Source: Salinimicrobium sp.
GTDB taxonomy: Bacteria; Bacteroidota; Bacteroidia; Flavobacteriales; Flavobacteriaceae
Reading direction: 5' to 3'
Length of the DNA: 54,175 nt
Assembly: GCA_049687615.1 (NCBI GenBank)
Contig: JBAVJE010000286.1
Span: forward strand, 1-54,175
The translations under genes were made by a program, and so were the position numbers. Within the stretch, counting starts at the first letter, position 1; the number at the start of each line of letters is the position of its first letter. The notes under the pieces are model-generated. The model made no database searches. It worked only from the letters and a program-made list of their open reading frames with translations, and was not told the DNA's origin. Below, in pieces: positions 46,717 through 54,175 of this stretch.

Positions 46717-48225
46717 TTACAATTGAGAGAAAGTTTTACGAACCCCGGTTCTAAGCCCGCTCCATACATAGCCCCAGAAGGAAACATGCACATCCCGTGT
46801 CACATTCACCTCTTTAGACACGTTTTCCCCCGAAATTCCGTCGTTGTCAACGAAAAGATTAGCAATGGCTGTCAAAAAATTCTTTTTCTCCCGGCTGCCA
46901 TCTTTAAGAAAAATAAATTTGAAATCGTCATAATTAAGTCTCACGTCCCCGGTAAGCACCTCCCTGTTTCCGGAAAAAGTGAACCACGTATCCTTGATCT
47001 TTCCTTTGGCTTCCATATTCATTGAAGGCCTAAGGATGGTATTTAAAGCCTCTCCCGGAACCACGCCAAATTTTCCCGAAAAGAGAAACTTATCATTGCT
47101 ATTGCTGGTATTGAATGACCAGTCAACGCTTAGCGGAACCACCTCCTGGAAAGTAGCATCGACATGGGCTTTTGTTATGGGAAAGTCTTCACGATCAAGG
47201 CCAATGTTGGTAATATTATTAATTTCAGCATTTTTTATCGTAAAAACAACGGTGGCCGGGGGACGCCCGCTTTTTATTTTTTCCTCATACTTGATATGAC
47301 TGTTGCTCACCTTTAGCTTCGTAAAATCAAGTTTTACCGGGGCATTTCTAAGCATCTCACTATACAATTGCCGCTCTCTTGGATCATCGGGCAGCTCTTT
47401 GTTCCTGTAAATCTCTAGATATGCTCCGGAAACACTCATTGTGGGGTTTCTAAGGTACATCCACCCATCCTGAAAAGCGAAATTAAGACTGTCCAGCTTC
47501 ACGTCTTTTACCCGTAACGAGATCCTGTCCTGTTCATATGGAATGTTTTGATCAAATTTGGGTTTGTTGTAATAAGGAATAATGCGAAAATCCCTAACAG
47601 TAGTATGACCCCCCTTATCTATGCTAAGGTTACCGGCTGAAATAAAGTGCTGCGGATTTAGATTGAATCGCAGGCTATCACTTTTGATATGATAAGTAGC
47701 ATAATTAAACGGAATTGTATTTTTTAAGGTAGTCGAATCAATGGAAACTTCGGAAATAGCCAATTCAGGAAATCTTAAGAAAATCTCATTGCCCGTATTA
47801 CCCTCCTTCCGCAGTTTGAAAGTTCCGTCATTGGCTATGATTTGGCCGATGCTTATTTCTTGTTTAAACTCCTTTTTAGGACTCTTTTTAGGAATGCTGT
47901 CGCTTTGGGTGACGATGATCTCAGGCTTCTCAAAAGTGAATTTATTTATATTGAGTATACCCTTCCGTAGGTAATCAAGAAAACCGATACCACTCATTGA
48001 AACCCTCTCGGCGTGTACGGTATTTCCTCTTTTATTATAGTTAAGGCCCTTAATACTAATTTCACGTTGCAATAGACTCACTTCCAGCTCTTCATATTCT
48101 GAAGTTTCACCAAACATTTCATCTATGCGGCTTTCTACTTTATTGGTTACTACTGTTTTTACAGAAAAGAACAGGATGACCAAAAAAAACAGTATTCCTA
48201 CGATAATGAGGAGGGACTTTTTCAT
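46717..48225 (-). CDS. AsmA/DUF748-like protein (N-terminal anchor, beta-rich)
   Basis: Single N-terminal TM followed by a long beta-strand-rich sequence; family call tentative. Confidence 0.55.
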   Translation of the reverse strand: MKKSLLIIVGILFFLVILFFSVKTVVTNKVESRIDEMFGETSEYEELEVSLLQREISIKGLNYNKRGNTVHAERVSMSGIGFLDYLRKGILNINKFTFEKPEIIVTQSDSIPKKSPKKEFKQEISIGQIIANDGTFKLRKEGNTGNEIFLRFPELAISEVSIDSTTLKNTIPFNYATYHIKSDSLRFNLNPQHFISAGNLSIDKGGHTTVRDFRIIPYYNKPKFDQNIPYEQDRISLRVKDVKLDSLNFAFQDGWMYLRNPTMSVSGAYLEIYRNKELPDDPRERQLYSEMLRNAPVKLDFTKLKVSNSHIKYEEKIKSGRPPATVVFTIKNAEINNITNIGLDREDFPITKAHVDATFQEVVPLSVDWSFNTSNSNDKFLFSGKFGVVPGEALNTILRPSMNMEAKGKIKDTWFTFSGNREVLTGDVRLNYDDFKFIFLKDGSREKKNFLTAIANLFVDNDGISGENVSKEVNVTRDVHVSFWGYVWSGLRTGVRKTFSQL

Positions 48226-48516
48226 TTTTTTCAAGAGCTTTTTTATGAAAGATAAACATTAAATCATTTATCGAGGCACAGGGCCACCGAGGGCAGGCAA
48301 AACTCCATTCAAAAATGGTTATTTTTTATGCTATTTATGTTAAAACCCCTTGAAAAATTGGGGCATCAAGGCGCCTTAACCTCCTAAATTTTTCACAAAG
48401 ACAGACACGTCTTGTTAATTCTATACTAATCATGAATTCATTAAAACTCTTTTAACACCTCATACCTTAATTTAGCGGCTATTAAAGGAAAATAAATAAA
48501 CAAAATAACCATACAC

Positions 48517-48840
48517 ATGACTGTATTTCAACCCTCCGAAATTTTAGAAGAATTTAAAAATTTTATCCATAGCAGTTGTTCCAGCCCCGATAAAACATCT
48601 TTTGAATCACTCCATAAGGGAATCGTAAAAATGTATTTTGAAGCACGCAAAGTTGAGATTGACTATGAAAACCATATGATAAAGGCTGAAATTCCTATTT
48701 CTGATCACCAATATACAGTAGTCAATTTTGAATGTCAGGACCTGGATAGATTTCTTTCTTCCTGTATTAAAAAGGACAAAAGAAGCCTGAATTTCTATCA
48801 AAATGCACTAAACTATTACAGCTTAGCAAGAGTAGCTTAA
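48517..48840 (+). CDS. Hypothetical protein
   Basis: 107-aa ORF with an A-rich leader, followed by a terminator. Confidence 0.65.
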   Translation: MTVFQPSEILEEFKNFIHSSCSSPDKTSFESLHKGIVKMYFEARKVEIDYENHMIKAEIPISDHQYTVVNFECQDLDRFLSSCIKKDKRSLNFYQNALNYYSLARVA

Positions 48841-48865
48841 GCTTCAACAGTCAGTGGTTACAATT

Positions 48866-48893
48866 AAAGCTCCTCTTCAGGAGCTTTTTTTTT
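48866..48893 (+). terminator. Intrinsic terminator
   Basis: AAAGCTCCT-CTTC-AGGAGCTTTTTTTTT. Confidence 0.85.
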
Positions 48894-48946
48894 GCCTCAA
48901 ATTCAAGAGATACACCGAATATTCCTGAATCAATATATGACCAATA

Positions 48947-49133
48947 AAAAAACCGAACTGTTTTCACAATTCGGTTTTCACATTTACTTTGTTGGCCTAC
49001 TAGGGCTTCCCTCGACATCGCCTCCTACGTCGGCTGCTCGGGACAGGCTTCTCGCCCAAACGGCACAAAAACAAAAAACCGAACTGTTCTCACAATTCGG
49101 TTTTCACATTTACCTTGTTGGCCTACTAGGGCT
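48947..49133. repeat. 61-bp direct repeat of the tRNA-Gln 3' end plus its terminator, with 65 bp between copies
   Basis: 48947-49007 versus 49073-49133 (AAAAAACCGAACTGTTyTCACAATTCGGTTTTCACATTTACyTTGTTGGCCTACTAGGGCT), 2 mismatches. Confidence 0.92.
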
Positions 49134-49190
49134 CGAACCTAGACTCTTCTGGACCAAAACCAGACGTGTTGCCAGTTACACCATAGGCCA
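49118..49190 (-). tRNA. tRNA-Gln (anticodon UUG), CCA not encoded
   Basis: Minus strand TGGCCTATGGTGTAACTGGCAACACGTCTGGTTTTGGTCCAGAAGAGTCTAGGTTCGAGCCCTAGTAGGCCAA folds as a cloverleaf; -7 element TAAATTTG at 49215-49208. Confidence 0.97.
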
Positions 49191-49460
49191 TTGCTGTAAT
49201 GCGGATGCAAATTTAAAACAAAGTTTCTCTTCAGCAAAAATATTTACAGAATTATTTAAAAAAATTTTACCTGCCAAAAATGGCCTTTTTGAATGCTCTG
49301 TTTCTCATGATTTTATCCCCGAATAAGTCCTGAAAAACTTTTCACTTAAATTTCACCCCTTCTATTAATGAAAATCTGCGGAAATATTTCCTTTTAAAAG
49401 GCGTTTTAGCTTCAATAACCTAATTATTCTTAAATTCGCCACAGTTAATTAGCACTATCT

Positions 49461-52400
49461 ATGACAGATCTTAACTTTACCAGGTGGAACAAAATTCTGG
49501 GCTGGTTGGTATTTCTTATTGCCTTAACCACGTACTGGTCAACCGTAGAACCTACTGTAAGTTTTTGGGATGCGGGCGAATATATCTCAACTTCTTCCAA
49601 ACTTGAAGTAGGACACCCCCCGGGAGCTCCGCTTTTTCAGATGATGGGTGCTTTCTTCTCTGTTTTCGCGACAGATTCCACCCAGATCGCCTATATGGTT
49701 AATCTCATGTCTGTCTTAGCCAGTGCCTTTACCATCCTTTTCATGTTTTGGTCAATCTCCCTTTTGGTGCTAAAGATTTCGGGGCCGAGGGAAGAGATTT
49801 CAGGAGCACGAAAAATGGCAGTTTTGGGCAGTGCTATGGTAGGCTCCCTGGCATTCGCCTTTACAGACAGTTTCTGGTTCAACGCTGTGGAAGCCGAAGT
49901 TTACGCCATGGCTACCTGCCTTATGGCAGTTCTCTTTTATCTTGGACTGCTCTGGGAACGCGATATGTTTGCCCCACGTGGAAACCGTTGGGTCATCCTA
50001 ATTTCCTTCATCGTGGGACTTTCTTTTGGGGTGCATTTCATGGGATTACTTACCATTCCCGCCATAGGTTTCCTATATTACTTTAAGAATTTCTCCAAAA
50101 TTACCATCAAGAATTTTATTGTCGCCAACCTGGTAGTCGTCGCGGTACTCATGTTCATTTTTAAAATGCTGCTACCGTATTCCCTGAGTCTGTTTTCGGC
50201 TACAGAAGTGTTTTTTGTGAATTCCCTGGGCCTCCCGTTCAATTCAGGAACAATTTTTATGGCCCTGGTAATTATCGCAGCTTTTTACTTCGGAATAAAA
50301 TATACCCGCAGCAAACGTTACTATCAGCTCAATACATTGCTGCTCTGCGTCTTGTTCATCCTCATAGGGTTCTCCAGTTGGATGATGTTACCAATTCGTG
50401 CGAATGCCAATACGGTGATCAATGAAAATAACCCGAATAACGCCCGCGAACTGCTGGCTTACTACAACCGGGAACAATATCCCGAAACCCACCTTTTTTA
50501 TGGACCGCAATTCACCGAATTGTACAGCGGACTTGATGAGAACAACCCATATCTTGATGATAAACCAAAGTATGAAAAAGACGAAAAGGCCGGGAAATAT
50601 GTCATCGTAAACGACTACAAGAACGCCAAGCAAAACACCGATGATGCGCAAAAGGCCATTCTGCCGAGAATGTGGAGTACAGAACATGCCTCAAATTACC
50701 TGGATTTTACCGGCCCGTTAAATTTCACTATTAAACCTGAATATCAGGGTGAGGAACAGTTAATAACGGCCGTGAATGAATTTAAAAGAAAATTTAATCG
50801 CGGTGAGATCGATAATGATCAATACGCGAATTTCTTAAAGCAGTTTAGGGAATATATTATCGTAGAAAAACCGTCTTTTTCCTCTAATCTAAATTACTTT
50901 GTCGAGTTTCAGCTTGGTTATATGTACTGGCGATATTTTATGTGGAATTTCGTAGGGAGACAGGATGACATCCAGGGAAAATACAATGACCTGCACGGCA
51001 ACTGGCTTAGCGGCATTGACTTCATAGATAACATAAGATTGGGTTCACAGGAGAACCTCCCATCAGATGTTGAAAACAACCCGGCCCGTAACACCTACTA
51101 TTTTTTACCACTACTGCTGGGGCTGCTGGGACTGGTATTTCAGTTCAGCAAAGACAAAAAGAATTTTTGGGTCTTACTGGTGTTCTTCCTCTTTACGGGA
51201 ATTGCTCTTAAACTTTACCTCAATGAGCGGCCATTTGAGCCAAGAGAGAGGGATTATGCCCTCGTAGGTTCTTTCTACGTTTTTGCCATTTGGATAGGTT
51301 TTGGCGTATATGCGCTTTTTGATATTCTGAAGGATTATCTCAAGCCTAAGATCGCCGTCCCTATAGTTGTAGTAGCTTCATTACTTGCGGTTCCTACTTT
51401 AATGGCTTCAGAAAATTGGGATGACCACGACCGGTCAGACCGTTATACAGCGCTGGCTATGGCCAAAATGTATCTGGACAGCGTGGACGAAAATGCCATA
51501 CTTTTTACCATTGGTGATAATGACACCTTTGCCCTGTGGTATGCTCAGGAAATTGAAGGCTACAGGAAAGATGTGAGAATAATAAACACTTCTTTGTTTG
51601 CTACTGATTGGTATATCGATCAAATGAAAAGTCAGGCCTACACAAGTGCTCCCATTCCGGGGCAACTGGTGCACAAAAATTACAGCTACGGTACTAATGA
51701 CGCAGTTTGGTTTCAGCCGGTCACAAGAGACACCATGGACATTAAGAAATGGCTTAACTGGATCGCAAGCGATGACCCGCGCACCCAGGCCGAACTTATG
51801 AGCGGACAAATGGTAAGCACCTTTCCCACCAAGTCTATTAGGGTGGAAGTCGACAAGCAGGTAGTACTTTCCAACGGCACTGTCAAACCAGAAAATGCCG
51901 ATGAGATCGTGAACGAAATCATCATTGAACTGGAGGGTGATATTCTTTATAAGAACAGACTGTTAATGCTTGATATCATTGCCAATAACAATTGGGAAAG
52001 ACCCATCTATTTTACCGGCGGCAGCTTTGGGGACGATGACTATTTGTGGATGAAAGACTATTTGCAACTGGATGGAGTGGCTTACCGGCTCGTGCCAATT
52101 AGAAAGCCTGTAGATGCACGTTCACCTTTTGATATGGGCCGCATAGATTCTGAAAAAATGTATGACATTGTGATGAATTGGTATTGGGGTAATTCGGGAG
52201 ACCCGAATATTTACCATGATACCGAAACCCGCAAGAATGCCATTACTTACAGAAGTAATCTCGCCAGGCTTGTGGAAGCACTTATTCAAGAAGGGAAACT
52301 GGAAAAAGCCAAAAATGTTCTGGATCTGGGTATGGAAAAAATGCCCGTAGATTATTATGAATATTATACCCTTCTGGAACCTTTCATCAGCGGTTATTAT

Positions 52401-52724
52401 GAAGTAGGTGAAAAGGAAAAGGCACGTGATCTTTGGAATAAGGTTGCGAAAAAATACCAGGAAAACCTGGAATATTACAGCACGCTTGATCTTGACCGGC
52501 AATACAGCTGGGGCAGCGAGATTGTAACCGATATTGAGCGATACAGGAGTCTTATCGACCTACTAATCGTTCATGATGATGAGGCAAAAGCCCGGGAAGA
52601 AGCAGATATTTTCAACCAATATTTAATGAAGTTCAGACATTTCTACGGGAACTCTCAAATGGAAGAAGATGTACCACACACCGAGCCGGGACTCATTCCG
52701 GAAGGAAGAACAGATTCTCTATAA
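49461..52724 (+). CDS. DUF2723 (TMEM260-like) multi-TM putative glycosyltransferase
   Basis: SFWDAGE, HPPGAP, EAEVY, RERDY and GDNDTF.LWY motifs. Confidence 0.85.
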   Translation: MTDLNFTRWNKILGWLVFLIALTTYWSTVEPTVSFWDAGEYISTSSKLEVGHPPGAPLFQMMGAFFSVFATDSTQIAYMVNLMSVLASAFTILFMFWSISLLVLKISGPREEISGARKMAVLGSAMVGSLAFAFTDSFWFNAVEAEVYAMATCLMAVLFYLGLLWERDMFAPRGNRWVILISFIVGLSFGVHFMGLLTIPAIGFLYYFKNFSKITIKNFIVANLVVVAVLMFIFKMLLPYSLSLFSATEVFFVNSLGLPFNSGTIFMALVIIAAFYFGIKYTRSKRYYQLNTLLLCVLFILIGFSSWMMLPIRANANTVINENNPNNARELLAYYNREQYPETHLFYGPQFTELYSGLDENNPYLDDKPKYEKDEKAGKYVIVNDYKNAKQNTDDAQKAILPRMWSTEHASNYLDFTGPLNFTIKPEYQGEEQLITAVNEFKRKFNRGEIDNDQYANFLKQFREYIIVEKPSFSSNLNYFVEFQLGYMYWRYFMWNFVGRQDDIQGKYNDLHGNWLSGIDFIDNIRLGSQENLPSDVENNPARNTYYFLPLLLGLLGLVFQFSKDKKNFWVLLVFFLFTGIALKLYLNERPFEPRERDYALVGSFYVFAIWIGFGVYALFDILKDYLKPKIAVPIVVVASLLAVPTLMASENWDDHDRSDRYTALAMAKMYLDSVDENAILFTIGDNDTFALWYAQEIEGYRKDVRIINTSLFATDWYIDQMKSQAYTSAPIPGQLVHKNYSYGTNDAVWFQPVTRDTMDIKKWLNWIASDDPRTQAELMSGQMVSTFPTKSIRVEVDKQVVLSNGTVKPENADEIVNEIIIELEGDILYKNRLLMLDIIANNNWERPIYFTGGSFGDDDYLWMKDYLQLDGVAYRLVPIRKPVDARSPFDMGRIDSEKMYDIVMNWYWGNSGDPNIYHDTETRKNAITYRSNLARLVEALIQEGKLEKAKNVLDLGMEKMPVDYYEYYTLLEPFISGYYEVGEKEKARDLWNKVAKKYQENLEYYSTLDLDRQYSWGSEIVTDIERYRSLIDLLIVHDDEAKAREEADIFNQYLMKFRHFYGNSQMEEDVPHTEPGLIPEGRTDSL

Positions 52725-52729
52725 ATAAT

Positions 52730-52753
52730 GGCCCGCCTGCGCGGGCCTTTTTT
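52730..52753 (+). terminator. Terminator-like hairpin after the DUF2723 gene
   Basis: GGCCCGC-CTGC-GCGGGCC followed by TTTTTT. Confidence 0.7.
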
Positions 52754-52764
52754 ATCTTTACGAC

Positions 52765-53403
52765 ATGAAGGTAAAGATTCCAAACCTTATAAAATTATTA
52801 TATCCCCGGCGAATTTGGGATGGAGAAGCCACAGGTAAAAACCTTTACCTTAGCTTTGATGACGGCCCAATTCCTGAAGTGACTTCCTGGGTACTCCGGG
52901 AGTTAAAAAAATACGACGCCAAAGCGACCTTTTTCTGCATTGGGGAGAATGTTCAAAAACACCCTGAGTTCTTTGAAGAAATTATTGCAGAAGGGCATTC
53001 CATAGGTAATCATACCTATAATCACCTTAACGGCTGGAGAACCTCAACAAAAAATTATTTGCTGAACACTTCAAAAGCAAAGCAGGTCATGCAGGAACAC
53101 GCTCCCGAAAGGGCTCTCAAAAATGCCCTTTTCAGACCACCTTACGGAAAGATCAAGAATAGCCAGGCACGACAGCTCGTGCAGAATGGCTTTAAGATCG
53201 TGATGTGGGATATCGTGAGCTATGACTACGACCAAGCGATTAGTCCGGAGAAGTGCCTTCAGAATGTATTGAAGCATGCGGTCCCCGGCTCTCTTATCGT
53301 CTTTCACGACAGTCTAAAAGCCGAAAAAAACATGAAATATGCACTTCCCAGAGTGCTCGAACACTATAGCCGGCTTGGCTTTAGCTTTAAGGCTTTAAAT
53401 TAG
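52765..53403 (+). CDS. Polysaccharide deacetylase (NodB/CE4)
   Basis: SFDDGP, GNHTYNH, FRPPYG and IVFHD motifs. Confidence 0.93.
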   Translation: MKVKIPNLIKLLYPRRIWDGEATGKNLYLSFDDGPIPEVTSWVLRELKKYDAKATFFCIGENVQKHPEFFEEIIAEGHSIGNHTYNHLNGWRTSTKNYLLNTSKAKQVMQEHAPERALKNALFRPPYGKIKNSQARQLVQNGFKIVMWDIVSYDYDQAISPEKCLQNVLKHAVPGSLIVFHDSLKAEKNMKYALPRVLEHYSRLGFSFKALN

Positions 53404-53774
53404 GTTTGAATTAGTTCTTCAGAGTCGGCGTCAACAAAAATAGCATCGTCTTCAGAAAAATCAAGGGTGTCAGCCATGGGGACATATTTCAGAAATTGAT
53501 CGATCCCTTTCTGCAGCATAAGTTCAGTAGAATATTTCCTGCTGTTTGCCAGAACAAAACCGCCTCTGGAGAGCCTGAAGAAATATTTGCCGGCGGGATT
53601 CTTCTTTCTTGTAAGGCTAAAAGATTCCAGGTCCCCCTTTATTGTTTCAATGATCATTTCACAATCTGATTTCTGTTTACAGGAAATACTAGTAAAGATG
53701 ATCTTCCCCCTGCGGGAAGTAAAGGTGAACTTATAATTTTTGTCTAATCGCTTACTAATAACAAATGCACCCAT
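53400..53774 (-). CDS. YegP/DUF1508 family protein
   Basis: Two short repeats (YKF.F....GKIIFTS and YFFRL...G.VLANS..Y). Confidence 0.65.
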   Translation of the reverse strand: MGAFVISKRLDKNYKFTFTSRRGKIIFTSISCKQKSDCEMIIETIKGDLESFSLTRKKNPAGKYFFRLSRGGFVLANSRKYSTELMLQKGIDQFLKYVPMADTLDFSEDDAIFVDADSEELIQT

Positions 53775-53933
53775 TGAGAAGATTTTGTAAAGGGGGCAAA
53801 ACTAAAAAAAGTAGCTTATGAAGATTGTCGAAAGCAGAAATTATGCGGAAAAGTTATCAAGATAAAACTGTGGAAAATACAGCCTCTCAAAAAAGGCATT
53901 TTTGGCTATATTTAATTATTATAAAAATCTTTC

Positions 53934-54059
53934 ATGAAACACGTCATTAAATTTTCCCCTGTTTTTCTCTTTCTTTTAAGTTTTCATCATCAAGCTCTGG
54001 CGCAAAAGATAGAGGGCCTGGTGATCGATTCGGCTACGGGAGAAGTTCTGGAAGGTTGA
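53934..54059 (+). pseudogene. Truncated remnant of an exported CarboxypepD_reg-like domain protein
   Basis: MKHVIKFSPVFLFLLSFHHQALAQKIEGLVIDSATGEVLEG*: a signal peptide plus the first strands (I.G.V.D..TGE.L.G), then a stop. Confidence 0.5.
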
Positions 54060-54175
54060 TCCAAAATCGAAGCCGGAAATAGCAAATAAGCTATAATTAC
54101 TTTTCCGCTCTTTGTCTCCTTTTCATGATCTCTTGATCTGGTGCTTATAAAGAGCATTACAGCGCGCTTTAGGAC

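Noticed and set aside
48947..49133. Repeat-spacer-repeat as a mini CRISPR array
   Set aside because: Only two 61-bp units, derived from the tRNA and its terminator; no cas genes.
48892..49326. 144-aa ORF with an internal repeat (KTELFSQFGFHIY.VGLLGL twice)
   Set aside because: It is the antisense reading of tRNA-Gln and its duplicated 3' end, not a protein.
49380..49391. Palindrome GGAAATATTTCC upstream of the DUF2723 gene as an SOS box
   Set aside because: The spacer is N6 rather than N5, it is a single copy, and the target is not a repair gene.
54060..54175. Possible 3' end of a minus-strand gene entering from the right edge
   Set aside because: Too short, with no recognisable motif or clear frame.

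Overview
Chromosomal window from a Flavobacteriaceae-like member of the Bacteroidota, judged from TAnnTTTG -7 promoters, fused ccoNO and an actA-F cluster. From left to right it holds: an alternative complex III (actABCDEF) plus aa3 oxidase operon on the minus strand; a SPOR protein; rimP-nusA-infB; a ~28 kb low-O2/NO island; a radical SAM/TIGR03915-type DNA-repair pair; tRNA-Gln(UUG) with a duplicated 3' end; a DUF2723 glycosyltransferase-like gene; a polysaccharide deacetylase; and a YegP-like gene. The island contains USPs, a FixL-like heme-PAS kinase with a receiver-CRP fusion regulator, ric, qNor, an unknown His-motif membrane protein, cbb3 oxidase with maturation genes, a YceI/outer-membrane barrel/YceI cassette, a CoA-transferase, thioredoxin, a Crp/Fnr regulator, a group III truncated globin and hemN. 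The most striking observation is regulatory. A 14-bp FNR-like palindrome, (A/C)TGA-N6-TCAT, sits exactly 22 nt upstream of a Bacteroidota -7 element at seven promoters, and two more copies lie downstream of promoters in repressor-like positions, one of them at ACIII-aa3. This suggests a complete O2/NO respiratory-switch regulon whose candidate sensors are encoded in the same window. All product calls come from motif recognition by eye; no database searches were run.
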